64,000 nt of DNA, from the NCBI GenBank assembly GCA_965287045.1, contig OZ336898.1, forward strand, positions 33,170,001-33,234,000, in the 5' to 3' direction. Below the pieces are notes generated by a model that saw only the letters and a program-made list of their open reading frames with translations, was not told the origin of the DNA and did not search any database. This document shows, piece by piece, positions 13,132-26,539 of this stretch. A program made the translations under genes and the position numbers. Position 1 is the stretch's first letter. Each line of letters begins with the position of its first letter. Source of the DNA: Carcharhinus amblyrhynchos. Its lineage: Eukaryota.

Positions 13132-13474
13132 AGATCATAGAACCCGACAGGGCAGAAAGAGGCCTTTCAGCCCATCGAGTCTGCACCGAACACAATCCTA
13201 CCCAGGCCCTACCCCCATATCCCTACATATTATACCCACTAATCCCTCTAACCTACACATCCTTAGACACTAAGGGGCAATTTCTTAGCATGGCCAATCA
13301 ACCTAACCCGCACATCTTTGGACTGTGGGAGGAAACCGGAGCACCCGGAGGAAACCCATGCAGACACGAGGAGAATGTGCAAACTCCACACAGGCAGTGA
13401 CCCAAGCCGGGAATCGAACCCAGGACCCTGTGAGCTGTGAAGCAGCCGTGCTAACCACTGTGCTACCGTGCCCC
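13132..13474 (-). mobile_element. tRNA-derived V-SINE (HE1-like) with CR1-type tail, nested in Gypsy integrase
   Basis: A box TAGCACAGTGG, B box GGTTCGATTCC, V-domain, and tail ...gatgggctgaaaggcctctttctgc...ctatga. Confidence 0.9.
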
Positions 13475-14455
13475 CTGTTGTTTTGTCTGGCATTGTTCTA
13501 GAACTGAAAAGGAAAGGTGCAAGCTTTGTTTCCAAAGAGCCATCGTTTGTCTTTTCGTGGTGTTCTTGAGTACCTGGGCCGCTCACTCAGTCCAGCCAAT
13601 TGAATTCAGGTGTTAGGGAGCTGTGTGGGTGTACCTCATTTGTGTTCATGAAGGTCTGAAGCTCCCCAGTGGTAAATGGGGTCCCTTCTTTTTATGTTTC
13701 ACTCAACATTTTACTGTTACCTGTAAATTTATTTATTTTTTGTGACCAATGTTTGTATGTTTCTGTCCTGATCATTTAGCCTATGTATGAAGTTTTTAAT
13801 GCAAACTAAACTGCAATTCACCCTTCATAATACGTTTCTTAAATAAAATACCATTATCATTATCAGATAGATTGCAGTCGATACAGGAGGAGATTCGGGA
13901 GAAAATTCTTCACTCTGAGCATGGTTGGAATGTGGAACTTGCTGCAATGAGGGAAAGCAGGAGAGATGCATGAAAGAGGAAGCTGGATAAATACAAGTGG
14001 GGGATAGATTGGAAGGCTATGCAAATCAAATTAGATGAATTAGTGGGAGGGAGGAAGCTGGTGTGGGACATAAACATTGGCAGCGTCGGTTGGGTCAATC
14101 TCTACACTGCCATTACTGTGTACCTTCTGCAGAGCTGTCTCAGCCTGACCCCTGCTGGTGAGGGAGTTACATGCAAATTCAACCTTATCGATTTCTTCAC
14201 TTTGACATCAATTCTAAAGGTCGTTTTAGTTTTCTTTTCAGGAAATAAACGAGCCAGGAACTACAATTCTGATCACAAATAAACATTTGGTATAATTGTT
14301 GTAAGCTTGCCTGTGCACTATGAACCTGAATGTCACCCACTTCCTTTTGCCAGGGTTTTTAATTCAGCAACTTCAGTTGAGTGAAGTCTTTTTTTGCACA
14401 GTGAGTGGTTGGGATCTGGAAAACACTGCCTGAAGTGGTGGAGACAGTGGCAACT

Positions 14456-14735
14456 GGCATGGCACAGTGGTTAGCACTGCTGCCTCACACCACCAGCAGC
14501 CCAGGTTCAATTCCTGGCTTGAGTCACTGTGCAGAATATGCACATTCTCCCCATGTCTGTGTGGGTTTCCTCCCACACTCTGAAAGACGAGTTGGTTAGG
14601 AGTATTGGACATGTTAAATTCTCTCTCAATGTACCCAAACAGGCACCAGAGTGTGGTGACTCGGGGGTTTTCACAGTAACTACTTGGCAGTGTTAATGTA
14701 AGCCAATTTGTGACACTAATAAATAAACTTTTGAC
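14456..14735 (+). mobile_element. tRNA-derived V-SINE (tail type 2), nested in an old CR1 (14385-14910)
   Basis: A box ggcacagtggttagc, B box ggttcaattcc, V-domain, and tail ...cacagtaact...gtgacactaataaataaac. Confidence 0.85.
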
Positions 14736-14984
14736 TTTGAAACCGAGGCTTTCGAAAGGGAATGAAATGATTCTCCAAAGAGAGGATTTGGACGGTTACG
14801 GGGGAAGGGCAGAGGAATGGACTGGGTGACTTGTCCTTGCAAACAGCTAACATGGATATGATAGACTGAATGGCCTTCCTTCCTGCTTTAACCATTCTAT
14901 GATTCTGTAAGCTCAGTCACAGCAAAGGATCTGATAGCAGCCGAGATAGACAGCAAATGATTCTGTTCCAAGAGTGGGACTGCG

Positions 14985-15098
14985 AGAGAAAGAGGCATAG
15001 AGAGAGAGAGAGAGAGAGAGAGAGCAACATGATAGAGAGTGACAGAGAGAGAGAGAGAGACAGAGGAGTGTGAGAATAAGATAGGAAAAGAGAGAGAG
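14985..15098. repeat. Imperfect (GA)n microsatellite
   Basis: Visible AG dinucleotide runs. Confidence 0.9.
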
Positions 15099-18000
15099 GC
15101 AAAAGGTAGGATTTTCCAGATGGTCTGTCATCATCATTGTAGGTCTTAGCTAAGGTTATCCTTGATTAGAATGGACGAAGTTTGCCCCACCACTGAAAAG
15201 GGTGATAGCGAACATAACCCTGCTAATACCGGCAGCCCTGCAGCTGGTTAATATTGTGCGAAGCATTAATTGACAGGAGACAGGATATACACCTCTCATT
15301 TGGCAGGAAATCCTCTTACAAAGAGCTGCCATCTCAGTAGAGCTATCATGAATGTGGCCATTGCTAGAATTGCCAGTTATAACGAAATATATTCTTGGAG
15401 GTTTTATCTCATGAGTTTTCCCCTCACTCCGGCCATTAGCCGGCCAACACATCCATTCCTGTGACACACGGCCTTCCGATGCCAATTGGAAAGCAAAAAG
15501 ATTTATTACCCAATTGGAGGATGCTTCACTGTGGACCAAAGACATTTTTCTCTATTTTCAATGTTTTTATACCTGGTGAAGAGAAACATTCAAGACAAAT
15601 GAAATTTTTAAAAAAATGTTAATATCCCAATGATTTTTTTCCAGGCTCACAATCAGCAGTGACCTGGAGATTGATTTTGAATTCCTGGAGCCCCCCAGGC
15701 CAATCCCAGACACTGCGGAGGAAGGAGGGGGTCTCTGCAGGCTCCAGAAGAGAGTTGAAGGTAATTTTAAAAATAATAAAATCACTGCTGGTACCTTCCC
15801 TGCCTGCTTAGAAAAACACTTCCCCCAAATCTTCAGCTGCTGCTGAAAGATGGTCTCCATTTACTTTGTGGCCTCCCCACTGTCATCAGAAAAGTTGAGC
15901 ACTGACTCAGAGCAGGAAGCCTGTCTGCTCTCTTCCCTGCTGATAAAATTCCCCAACAACAGGAACATGACTGTGGAACTGATTCCCCCCAATTTCACCA
16001 GTCGACTGCTTTGTTCCAGTCTGGTGTGGTCTGGAGAAATTCTCTTCTAAAAACATCCACTCAATCTCCCAGTTTCTGTCCAGTCAATCTCCGCATCTCT
16101 CCTTCAGCAGAACGAGGGACCTGAGGTTGACCTGTGGTGAACTCTTTCCACTGTGCTCACTGAGCCAAGCCCTCGCACTAACTGGACCAAGATGGGAGCT
16201 GATTTCTGTACAGGTGCTTGGGAAGATTAAAGCAGGGCATTTTCTGGAGGGGCTTTTTCTCCCCTTAGCCTGTGTGAAAGCAGTGCCTGAGACATTTGAG
16301 GGGCCTAAAAAAGACCAGAAAGACAGAAGGATCAGGATGTGTGAGCAATAACAAGTGAGGAACATGTGATTGAGAGGGAAAGAGTGTGAGGCAGTGACTG
16401 AGAGAGAGTGAAAGCTGGATTCCCAAACACTGTGAAGCTGTGACCTCCAGCCTGACCATCTCTAAAGCTGCATGCTTTCTCTCTCTAGCAATGATGTTGA
16501 TGGCTATGCTCCCTTTTGATATCAGGATGTGTGTTATAATGGGGTTTTCTCCTGTTTGCCCTAAAGAATTAGAAATGGGTAATAAACATTGTGACCTTGT
16601 CAGCAAGACCCATATCCCAAGAATGAATTTTAGAAGCAATCAGAGGAACCTGGTTCTCTCATGTAGCTACAGAGATGGTTACAGACCAGTGAGCAACATG
16701 AAGGAACTCATCTTTCCTTCAGTAAGGTCAATGGGTGCATGACAAATCAGCCAGCAGAGAGTGCATGAGCAAGTCACAGCCAGCACCCTCGCTCTCTGGG
16801 ATCAGGTTGTAGTGAAGGAGGAAAGTTAATATGTGGGAAAATTGGAATTGAGATAAATCAGTCATGATGTGAATATGACAGGGGGAGGTTCAAGGGCCAC
16901 ATGGAGTACTCTCACTCCTATTTCTTATGTGCTTAGGAATGCAGGCAGGAAGTGTAGTAAAGTGTCCAGGTGCGATTGGAGAGATTTAGGAAGCAAGAGA
17001 GAGAGCTTTGCGAGTGTCAGGACTAAAGTGGGTTAGCTCCGGGAGGCATGCTGGAGTAAGAGAAACATAAACAAAATAAGAACTACAAGTCTTGATGAGG
17101 TTGTTAAGTTTGTTAAACTGGCTTTAAAGACCTTTGGGATATCCTCAGGTTGTAAAGGTGTTATAAAAATGCAGGTTCCTTCATTATTGATCTTGCTGTG
17201 GTCTGTGACCTCTGACCTCTTCTAAATTGTAAATATTTGTGCCATTTTATCTTTCCTGCATCCTTGTGTTAAAATGAAGATTAAAATCTACTCAAATCAA
17301 CCTTAGCCAGCAGCTCCATGTCTTCCCTTGCTCCTTCTAGAGCTTAAACGTCTCAAGTTATTTTCACCTCTCGTTTACTCAGAGCACAGAACTCATCCTT
17401 TCTGTCAGTGTTTCTGAAATGAAATAGGTTAATACTGCAGAGCTTTGGAATCACTATCCTGTTTCAGAAGCATCTTGATGATGTTGACAATGACACACTG
17501 AAGACTCATGATTACTATTGGTTTCAAAACTCAGCAGTGACCCAACTAACACTTCAATGTTAATTCTGTAAAATAGGACTGGAGGGGGACGGTGAGAAAT
17601 AAACTGGAACCAGCCACTCCTGTCACCATCCAATTCCCTCACTGTCCACAATTATTGTGGGTTTTTTGGGAAGTTATGTGCATGTTTACGAGCCTCTTCA
17701 GCATGTAGTCAGTTTAATGAACTGGCTTCAGTGGGTTAAATAATGAGGATTTATTCATATACTTACCCTGAAAATCTAAATGCTACACCAGTCACACAGT
17801 ACACACTCAAGAAAGATACAATTAAAGAGAATAGTGCACTTCTACAAGAGTTAAACCAAAATAATAGTTAAGACTCCGCGTGGTTGCCTTATTGTAGATC
17901 AATGATTATAGGCCCCATTAAGAAAAGTCTTTTTGCACTTGTGAATTGTAGTTCAGATGGGTTCAAACAGTTGAAGTCAGATATCTGAATTGTTGCAGGA

Positions 18001-19403
18001 TCCACTTGAAGCGATGAATGTTCAGAATGTTACAAAGTGAGGTACTTGTAGTTTTTGTGGAGATCAAATTTCTTCAAAGACATACTTGATGTTTTGAATC
18101 AAGATAAAAGGCTTGTAAAGATTTCAAGGCATCCCAGTTCCCAAAGACAGACTTGACACTGTCTTTTCTGCAGTTGCTGTCTGTTGCAGAATGTCACATT
18201 GAGTTCAGTGTGTTCTTTAAGCCTTTTCTCCTACGTAATTGTTTTACTGGTGTCTGTTGAGAGTTCTGAGCGTGTGCGGGCTCTCAGTCTGCAAGAGAAT
18301 GTTTTGTAAGCAAGACGTGTTTATTTGTGCTCCTGTTTCATTGTTTCGTTGAGTTACTTTTATTGCTAAACTTAATTATTTTATTATATAAAGAAGATCA
18401 TTCTTTTAAATAGCGCATTCGACTAGCTTATATTGTGGTCTCAGGTTACACATCTTTCTGGCAATGAGGAGAAAACAGAAAGTGAAGACAACAATTTTTG
18501 ATGTTTGGCAGGGCATCATGAGGTTGATACAGTGAGTAGCTAATTTACATTGTGAATTTATTCAATGGAATTTCGATTTAGCAGAACCATGGCTACATTC
18601 AAGGCAGCCAGCGATGAGAGAAGCGAGGACTGGGCTGAATACACGGAGAGGTTGCTGCATTTTTTTTTGCAAATGGAATACAAGGTGCAGTGAAGCAGCG
18701 TTCGAATCTGAGTGTGTATGGATAAAGACTTAAAGGTTTCTGAGGAATCTGACCAAGCCATGGAAAGCAGGGGAGATTTCACTTGCCAATTTAGTTACTC
18801 TGGTCGAAAATTAGCATAACCCGAATACCTCTGAGATTGTTCAAAGCTTCAAAATTAATAGCTATTTTCAAAAAGCGGGTCAATCAGTAGTCAATTTTGT
18901 GACAGAATTATGCAAGCTTTCAGAACACTTTGATTTCGGAGCAGTTTTGAAAGATATGCTCAGAGATAGGCTGGTCTGTGGCATTAACAAGGACAGTGTT
19001 CAGTGTTGGCTGTTGAGAGTGAAGCCACACTTACCTTCCAGAAGGTTCTCAAAATTTCTCAGGGCATGGAAATGGCAGCCAGCATTGTTAAAGATATTCA
19101 GAATGGTAATGGTGATGCACAGATTTGGGGGGTTGCGGGGGTGGAGGGGGGGTTGCGGGGATGGTTGTACTTTTCCAGGTACAGAAAGAAGCTGCAAGCG
19201 GAAAGGTGAAAGCAATGGCGTGTTTTTGGGGTGGAGGTTCTCATTATGTGAATCATTGCAAGTGCTGTTTCTCACTAATGCAACAAAAAGGGCATTTAGT
19301 GAAAGGCAAGGCGAAGGCTAAGCAAGAACATTTAATTCTGAGGAAGTCTCAAGCAGCTCTGCAACACATGGAAAGTTTGGAGCAAACAGGGGAGCATACT
19401 TAC

Positions 19404-20890
19404 AAAGAACAAAGAACAGTACAGTCCAGGAACACGCCCTAAGGCCCATCAAGCCTATGCCCACACATGACACTGTCCTAAAATAAAGACCTTTTGCCTC
19501 TCCATGGTCCATATCCCTGTATTCCCTCCTTATTCATCTATCAAGGTGTCTCTTACATGTTGCTATTGTATCTGTTTCTACCACCTCCTCTAGTAGCACA
19601 TTCCAGGCACCTTCTGTGTTTTACACCTTCTGTGTAAAAAATCTTGCCTCTCACATCTCTTTAAACTTTCCTCCTCTTACCTTAAACCTATTATTGACAT
19701 TTCTACCTTGGGAAAAAGATTTGGACTATCCATTCTATCCATGTCTCTCATAATATTGTAAACTCCTATCAGGTCTCTCCTCAGCCTCTGATGTTCAAGT
19801 GAAAACAAACCAAATTTGTCTAATCTCTCCTCACAGCTGATACCCTCCAAACCAAACAACATCCTGATAAAACATTTCTGCATCTTCTCCAAAGTCTCTG
19901 CAACCTTCTGGTAATGTGATGACCAGAACTGTACACAATATTCCAAGTGTTCCCTAAGTAATGTTCTGTACAGCTCCAACATGGCTTGCTGATTTTTATA
20001 CTCTATGCCTTGACCAATAAAGGCAAACATGCACCTTCTTGTTTACCTTATCCACTTGTGTTGGTACTTTCAGTGAAAAGTGAACCTGTACATGTAGTTC
20101 CCTCTGTATGTTAATGCTTCTAAGGGATCTGCCATTTACTTGATATGATTTATTATTGTCACATGTATAAACATACAGTGAAAAGTATTGGTTCTTGCGC
20201 GCTATACAGACAAAGCATACCATTCATAGAGACGGAATTGAGGGAGTGCAGAATGTAGTGTTACAGTCAAATCTCTTCTCTCCTGCATTACACTTTCCAA
20301 AATAATCACCTCACATTTATCTGGATTAAACTCTATCTGCCATTTCTCCACCCTAGTCTTCAGCCTATTTATATCCTGCTGTGTATTCTGGCAATCCTCC
20401 TCACTATTTGCAGCTTCCCCAGTCTTTGTGCCTCTGTGAACTTACTAATCAGACCACCTACATTCTCCTCCAATTCATTTATATACACAACAGGGGTCCC
20501 AGCACTGATCCCTGTGGAACACCACTAATCACAGATCTCCAGTCAGAAAAACACCTTTCCACCGCTACTCTCTGTTTTCAATGACCAAGCCGATTCTGTA
20601 TCCATCTTACCAGCTCACCACTGATCCCATGTGACTTCATCTTCTGTATCATTCTGCCATGAGGGACCTTGTCAAAGGTCTTGCTAAAGTCCATGTAGAC
20701 AACATCCACCGCCCGCCCTCATCAATCATCTTTGTCGCGTCTTCAAAAAACTCAATCAACTTTGTGAGACATAAAGCCATTCTGCCTATCATTAATAAGT
20801 CAAGATTTTTCCAAATACGTCCCTCAGAATCTTCTGACAAAAAATTCCCTATCATTGACATAAGGCTCACTGGCCTGTAATTTCCTGGAC
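19404..20890 (-). mobile_element. CR1 LINE nested in the Gypsy element (contains a Rex1-type tail at ~20140-20270)
   Basis: ORFs 20649..21002 ([20 protein letters not shown]) and 19677..20030. Confidence 0.88.
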
Positions 20891-21526
20891 ATGGTACAAC
20901 ATGTTTAATGCTAATGAGAGGTGACCGGAGCCTGTTTATACCCCAGTGGTGGTGGGTGGAAACCAAATCAAGATGGAGGCAGCACAGAGTGTCCACATCC
21001 ATAATTAGTGAAGAGATCGCGAGTCAACGTGGGACTGTAAATGAATGCCAGCCCATATTCCAACACAGATTAATCTTCAGACGTACAACAGAGAGGTTAC
21101 ACCTTTGCTTGAGGCATTGGAAGTCCATATTACGCTTAACAGTCAAGAAGCAAGAGCACGCCTCCTTGTGGTCAAAGGAAAGGGGTTGGGTTTGCTAGGG
21201 CGTGACTGGCTCAGCAAAGTTCCATTGAAGTGGAGCTTTGAAATGAGATCAAGCACATGAGGATGACCAAGAATGTTGATAGGAAATATTCGGATGTGTA
21301 CAAGGATGAACTGGGTACATTACTGTGAAGTTTTACACAGATCCTCAGCATACCCCTTGCTTTTTCAAGCCCAGACAGTGCCTTAGACCATGCAAAGGTA
21401 AGTGGAGGAGGAGTTGGAATGGCTGCAAAGGCTTGGAATCTTCCGCCTATTCAGTTTTCTCATTGGATAGCTCCAATTGTTCCAGTTCTTAAAATGTGCA
21501 TATGTGGTGACTATGAGTTGGACACG

Positions 21527-21850
21527 GGGCGGCATGGGGGCTACCATTGTTGCTTCACAGCCCCAGGCACCCAGGTCCAATTCTGGCCTCAGATGAATGA
21601 CTCTCTTTGTGGAGTTTGCACATTCACCCCATGTCTGCGTGGGTTTCCTCCCAGTCCAGGGGATGCAGGTTAGGTGGATTGGCTGTGCTAAATGCCAATC
21701 TTAGTGTCCCAAGATGAGTAGGTTGGGGGGATTTGCAGGGTAAATATATAGCATTACGTGGATAGGGCCTGGGTGGGATGGTTTATTGGAACTTCAATGC
21801 AAACTCGATGGGCTGAATGACCTCCTTCTGTACCATAGGGATTGTATGAG
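21527..21850 (+). mobile_element. Degenerate V-SINE nested in the Gypsy RT region
   Basis: Starts ggggcggcatgg; V-domain and CR1-type tail. Confidence 0.75.
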
Positions 21851-22258
21851 CCAGAGGAAAATTCAAAGCAATAGGTGACTATCAACACACATAAAGGTTG
21901 TTCTTGTGCAATCATTTGCTTTTTAGTGTATCGTCCAGTCCAGCAATCTTTCAAAGGCTGATGGACAACTTGTTACGAGGCATTCTCATTTGCAGAGTAC
22001 ATGACACTTTAGTTACAGGGAAGGCTGAGAAAGAGACCTCTGCAATCCGGATTGAGTTTTAGAATGGGTTTCAGAGGCTAGACTGCGTTTGAAGAGGAGC
22101 ACACACATTTTCCAGGCAGAAAGTGTAGAATACCTAGGCCACAGAATCACTGCATAAGGCTTGTGGAGGGGAAAGTTTGAGTCATTAAGGAAAATCCAAG
22201 CCAGGAATGTGTCAGAGCTCAGGTCAGTTGTGGGCTTAGTGAACTATTATGGAATGTT

Positions 22259-23319
22259 AAAACCAAAAGAGAAAATGCTGAAAAATCTCAGCAGGTCTGG
22301 CAGCAACTGTAGGGATGAAAAGAGCTGACATTTCTGTCCAAATCACCCTTTGTCAAAGCTAAATGGCATAGAAAGTCGGAGATATTTATACTGCAGGGGG
22401 AGGGAATGAAAGATGAGTCATAGCCACAAAAACAAGGGGAAAGACTAAGAAGTGGTAATGGTAGTTCATTGAGAGAATAGAAGGTGTGATTGGCCAAACA
22501 GTATAGAAGCTGAAATTGGAGGGTAAACTGTGACAGAAAGGAGGTGGGGGGGGGGGAGAAGAGGTACATTGAGAAAAAAGGGGTAAGGGGAAGGAAAGGG
22601 GGAGAAAAGCTAAGAAAAGGGGAATAAAATAGGGGAAAGAGTGAAGGAAAAGAAAAATAAAGGAAGACAATAAAGAAATAAAAGGTAGAGAACAGTTAAA
22701 AATAAAATGAAAACAAAGGGGTCGAGGTAGGGTCAAGCTAATCATCTGAAGTTGTTGAATTCGATGTTGAGACTGGAAGGCTGTAAAGTGTCAAGCCAGA
22801 TGAGATGCTGTTCCTCCAGTTTGTGTTGAGCTTCACTGGAACATTGCAGCAGGACAAGGACAGACATGTGGACATGGGAGCAGGATTGTGTGTTAAAATG
22901 GCAAGCAACAGGAAGGTCAGGGTCCTGATTGTACACAGACTAAAGGTGCTCAGCAAAGCAATCAGCCCCGTTTATGCTTGGTCTCTCCGATATAAAGGAG
23001 ATCACATTGGAAGCAGTGAATGCGATAGACCCAAATTGAAAGAGGTGCAAGTGAAATGCTGCTTAATCTGGAATGAGTGTTTTGGACCTTGGATAGTAAG
23101 CATGAAGAGGTAAAGGGACAGGTGTTACACCTTCTGCGATGTGCCATGGTGATGGGAGAGTGGACTAGGTTATCCCCGAGGGAGCGATCTCTGCAGAATG
23201 CTGACAGAGGGAGCAAAGGGAAGATGTGTTTAGTGGTGGCATCACGCTGGAGTTAGCAAAGATGGTAGTGGATTATGCTTTGGCTGTGGAGGCTGGTGGG
23301 GCGAAATGTGAGAATAAGG
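22259..23319 (-). mobile_element. Penelope-like element 3' fragment (GIY-YIG endonuclease) nested in the Gypsy element
   Basis: VYRIHCFQCDLLYIGETK, PVACHFN and KLEEQHLI..LDTLQPSSLNIEF motifs. Flanked by the direct repeat ggaatgtt (22251-22258 and 23320-23327). Confidence 0.82.
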
Positions 23320-25198
23320 GGAATGTTCTTGTCCGATCTGTCTACAGTGTTGGTGCCACTGAAACAACTTCAGTGCAAAGAAACCAAATGGAATTGGGAG
23401 TTCACACAGAAGGTGGTTTTCAAGGATGTGAATCGGCCAACCCACAAATCCAGACAGGGAACTGATCCAGTTGTGTGATGTCTTGTCCTATAGGTGGTAC
23501 TTTCTCATCTAATGGAGGATGGGTCTGAAAAACCCATCAGTTTTGTATCTAGAACACTGACAAAGGATGAAAAGGGATATTCACAGGTGAACAAAGAAGA
23601 TCTAGCTGTTGTTTTTGCAGTGAAGAGATTCTATCAGTAGCTCTACTGTTGTTCATTCACCAAATGTACCCACCACAAGTCCTTGATGAGTATTTCCAGT
23701 GAGTCAAAGTGCATTCCTCCCACGGCCTCAGAAAATGCAAATACAGACGCTTTGAGTCATCGCGCTTTATCAGGTTTACCATCCAAGGTATTGTGTCTCC
23801 AAAACAATTTTGTCATTAGAGAGATTTGTCCAATCTCCAGTGAGTGCAAAGCAGATTAAGCAGTGGCAGACAGACAGCCTATTTTATCACAAGTTAAATG
23901 ATTTCTGGTGCAAAGATGACCAATTATTATTGAAGATGATGAGTTGAAACCTTATGTGAGGCATAGGGATGAGGTCAGGGTGCAGGTGGATGCATGCTGG
24001 GGGGATCAAGAGTGGTTGTTCTGCCCCCTGGTCATTCGCAAGTCACGGATGAAATTCATGAGCCTTATCCAGGTACCTCTAGAATGAAAACTCTAGCCAG
24101 GTCATGTATTTGGTGGCCTAGTATGGATCTGGACTTGGAGAACAAGGAGGTGTCTTGTTCCACTTGTCAAATAAATCAGAAAGTGGCGCCACCTGCATCA
24201 CTTCATCCTGACAGAGCAAGATCCACACTGCATCTGGACATTGTGGGACCTTTCATGTTTTTGCTTGTTGTAGAGACACATTTGAATGGTTGGAAGTTCA
24301 TATCGTGAATATTCATACAATTCCTGTTACCATTGAGAAGCTACTTCAAATTTTTGCAACTCACGGTTTACAAGATTTGCTTGTTTTGGATAATGGCATT
24401 ACGTTTACACAAGTTATTTCAAAAATTATTGCAGGTCATGTGTGTACTGCATGGTTTCATCTGGTTTCAAATGGTTTGGCGGAGTGAGCTGATTGAAGAG
24501 AGTGGCAAATGAAAGATCTCCAGATTTTTAGCCCAGTATCACAGCTGGGTTCTCTGGCAGAATTGTTGTTGGGTAGCTGAAGTCTCACCTAGATCTGCTT
24601 CATCCAGATTTGAGCGACAGTGAGCAGGAGACAAGAAAGTCAAAAGGAGTGACACAACCATCACACCAAAGAGAGCCGGATGGTCAGGTTTATATCAGGA
24701 ACTTTGGTAGTAACTAGAGGTGTTTATCGGGAATAATTTTAAATCAGTGTGGGCCAATATCTTGGGTTGTGAGACTGCGAAAGGGAAGAGCTGTTCGCAG
24801 ACACTAAGATTATATTCATTTACGGTTTGACCCAAAGTCAGGGGACGTTTCCAAATCAGTAACCGTTACAACTAACATGGCAGAGGTAATTTATTTACCA
24901 GGAAGTGGTTTATGTGTTTCCAGGTTTGCCTGTTGACTCTGTTGGGGGAGTGGAAGGGGAACATTCATGTACAGATTCTCAATCTGCCTCTCTACCTATG
25001 ATTCTAGATTCACCATTACAAGATTCACCAGTATTAGTGCGTAAGTCACAAAGCAACTACAAAGCTGACAAACTTTTGTATAATTAAGACATTATTTTCA
25101 TTGTCGTCGAATGGGGGATTGAAATATAAGGGGGCTGGGTAAAGAGAGATGTCACAGAGCATTATTTTGAGTTCAGTGCTCATATCTCCTACGTAATT

Positions 25199-25501
25199 TT
25201 TTTTTGGTTTACTTTATTCCAATCTAATCAAGTCAAATTAAAGCTAATTCAGAATTCCAACAAGTTGGGACATTTCCGATCCAAGCTGACGAGACAGGGC
25301 TCTCACCTCCTGTCTTGGGCTCGACCTACATGGTCCAAGCTGATTGGAGTAGGTGCAGCTCCTCCTCCAAGGCTTGATCTCATTTGCACCTTAGCCAAAA
25401 GGCTGAGATGTTGCTTTAAAAAATTGCTTCAAATGAAGCTGGGATGTAACCTAATGACTCCAACCAAGTGCAGCATGTCGATAGTACACTTGATCTTAGC
25501 C
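25199..25501 (-). mobile_element. U2 snRNA-headed short retroposon (SINEU-like) with AATAAA, poly(A) and 8-bp TSD
   Basis: The minus strand begins GGCTAAGATCAAGTGTACTATC (U2 nt 19-40, 21/22 match). An internal TCTCAGCCTTTTGGCTAAG matches U2 nt 7-25 (18/19). It ends AATAAAGTAAACC(A)n. TSD acgtaatt / atgtaatt. Confidence 0.8.
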
Positions 25502-26539
25502 ATGTAATTGTTTTACTGCCATCTGTTGAGACTGTGAACATGTGCAGGTTTGGCAGGCTTTTAATCTGCAAGACAGTGTTGTACCAGACCTGTTTTACTC
25601 GTGCTCTCATTTTCATTACTGCTCTGTTGAGTTACTATTGTTAAATCACATTATTTATTTATATAAAGAACACCATTCTTTAAACAATATACTTTAGACT
25701 ACCCTTATCGTGGACTTAAGTTACTAACCCTCTCTTTCAGTATCTTCCACAGACTGCCCAAATCCTTTTCCGGGTCTCGGAGTAATAAAGGATTTCAATA
25801 TCAGAAGCCAATTTCAGTCACATGACCAAGACATTGTCTACCTAATGAAACAGTATATCATTGACATAATATAGGAGATCCATGGTGGTCTTCAATATTT
25901 ATCTTTGTCTCTTCAGCTCTTTAGTGGAGCATTGATCTTAGAGATAAATGTCTAGAGGGCTATTGGCTTTAAGCTTTGGGTTAATTACAGCACATGCAAA
26001 TCCCACTGGTAGCATTTATTTTGGTACGCCCATTCCAGGGGAAGGCCCACACCTAACAGTTATAACTTTCGGAAAGCTGGAGATCGTCTGTGTTGACGGT
26101 GCAAGTATCACCTGACACTTTGCAGTTAATTTCATCACCTTGGCAATGTCCTTTTAAAAAAAAAAGTCAGTTCCAGAAACTTCCATAGGTTCACAGTCCA
26201 TATTTGATGTTATGAGTAGGACACAACTTCACTGGGCATAACAGAAAGATGAGGGATTTACAACAGGAACAGCACTGTCCCAATTTGCATTAGATCCTTC
26301 ACTGCGTAATGATTATTAGTAAAGTGGACTAGTTAGTTTAGACCTTGGAGAAGAGTTTATGTGGAATAGCTAATGATTTTCACAACTGGGTGTCTTGCAT
26401 TGAAGTGTCCTCTTTTAACAAAAGTGCTCGATGTTATTGACCGATAGGGTTCGTTCTAGCAGTGTGTTGTGAATATTGTGGTCATACAGTTTTGAATATC
26501 AATCTGCAAAACTTTCCTTGAATGGCTGTAGCTTGAGAG

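Larger units (their letters stand above)
11960..13690 (-). mobile_element. Gypsy LTR retrotransposon remnant (integrase C-terminus, PPT, 3' LTR ~11960-12510)
   Basis: ORFs 13263..13586 (GSLETKLAPFLFSSRTMP..TTG) and 12619..13056 (RNFKPGDSVHVRNF...WIP). PPT agaggagggg followed by TGTGATAAC. Confidence 0.75.
18192..25727 (+). mobile_element. Full-length but decayed Gypsy (Ty3) LTR retrotransposon with at least four nested insertions
   Basis: 5' LTR ~18192-18452 (TGTCAC...), PBS-like tggcaatgagga at 18459. Gag (ELCKLSEHFDFG..L.DMLRDRLVCGI), protease region (LLGRDWL), RT (WIAPIVPVLK..ICGDY, INTHKG), RNase H (~23500-23700) and integrase (H..PGTSRMKTLARS.IWWP.MD.DLE...CSTCQ, LHLDIVGPF, SNGLAE). Purine-rich PPT, then 3' LTR ~25150-25727. 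Confidence 0.88.

Noticed and set aside
13400-13474. tRNA genes at SINE heads (also 14456, 39900, 41200, 52008)
   Set aside because: A/B boxes run directly into SINE bodies; no complete cloverleaf.
25370-25501. Functional U2 snRNA gene
   Set aside because: Only ~20-nt 5' fragments are present; there is no Sm site or 3' stem-loops, and the segment has an A-tail and TSD.
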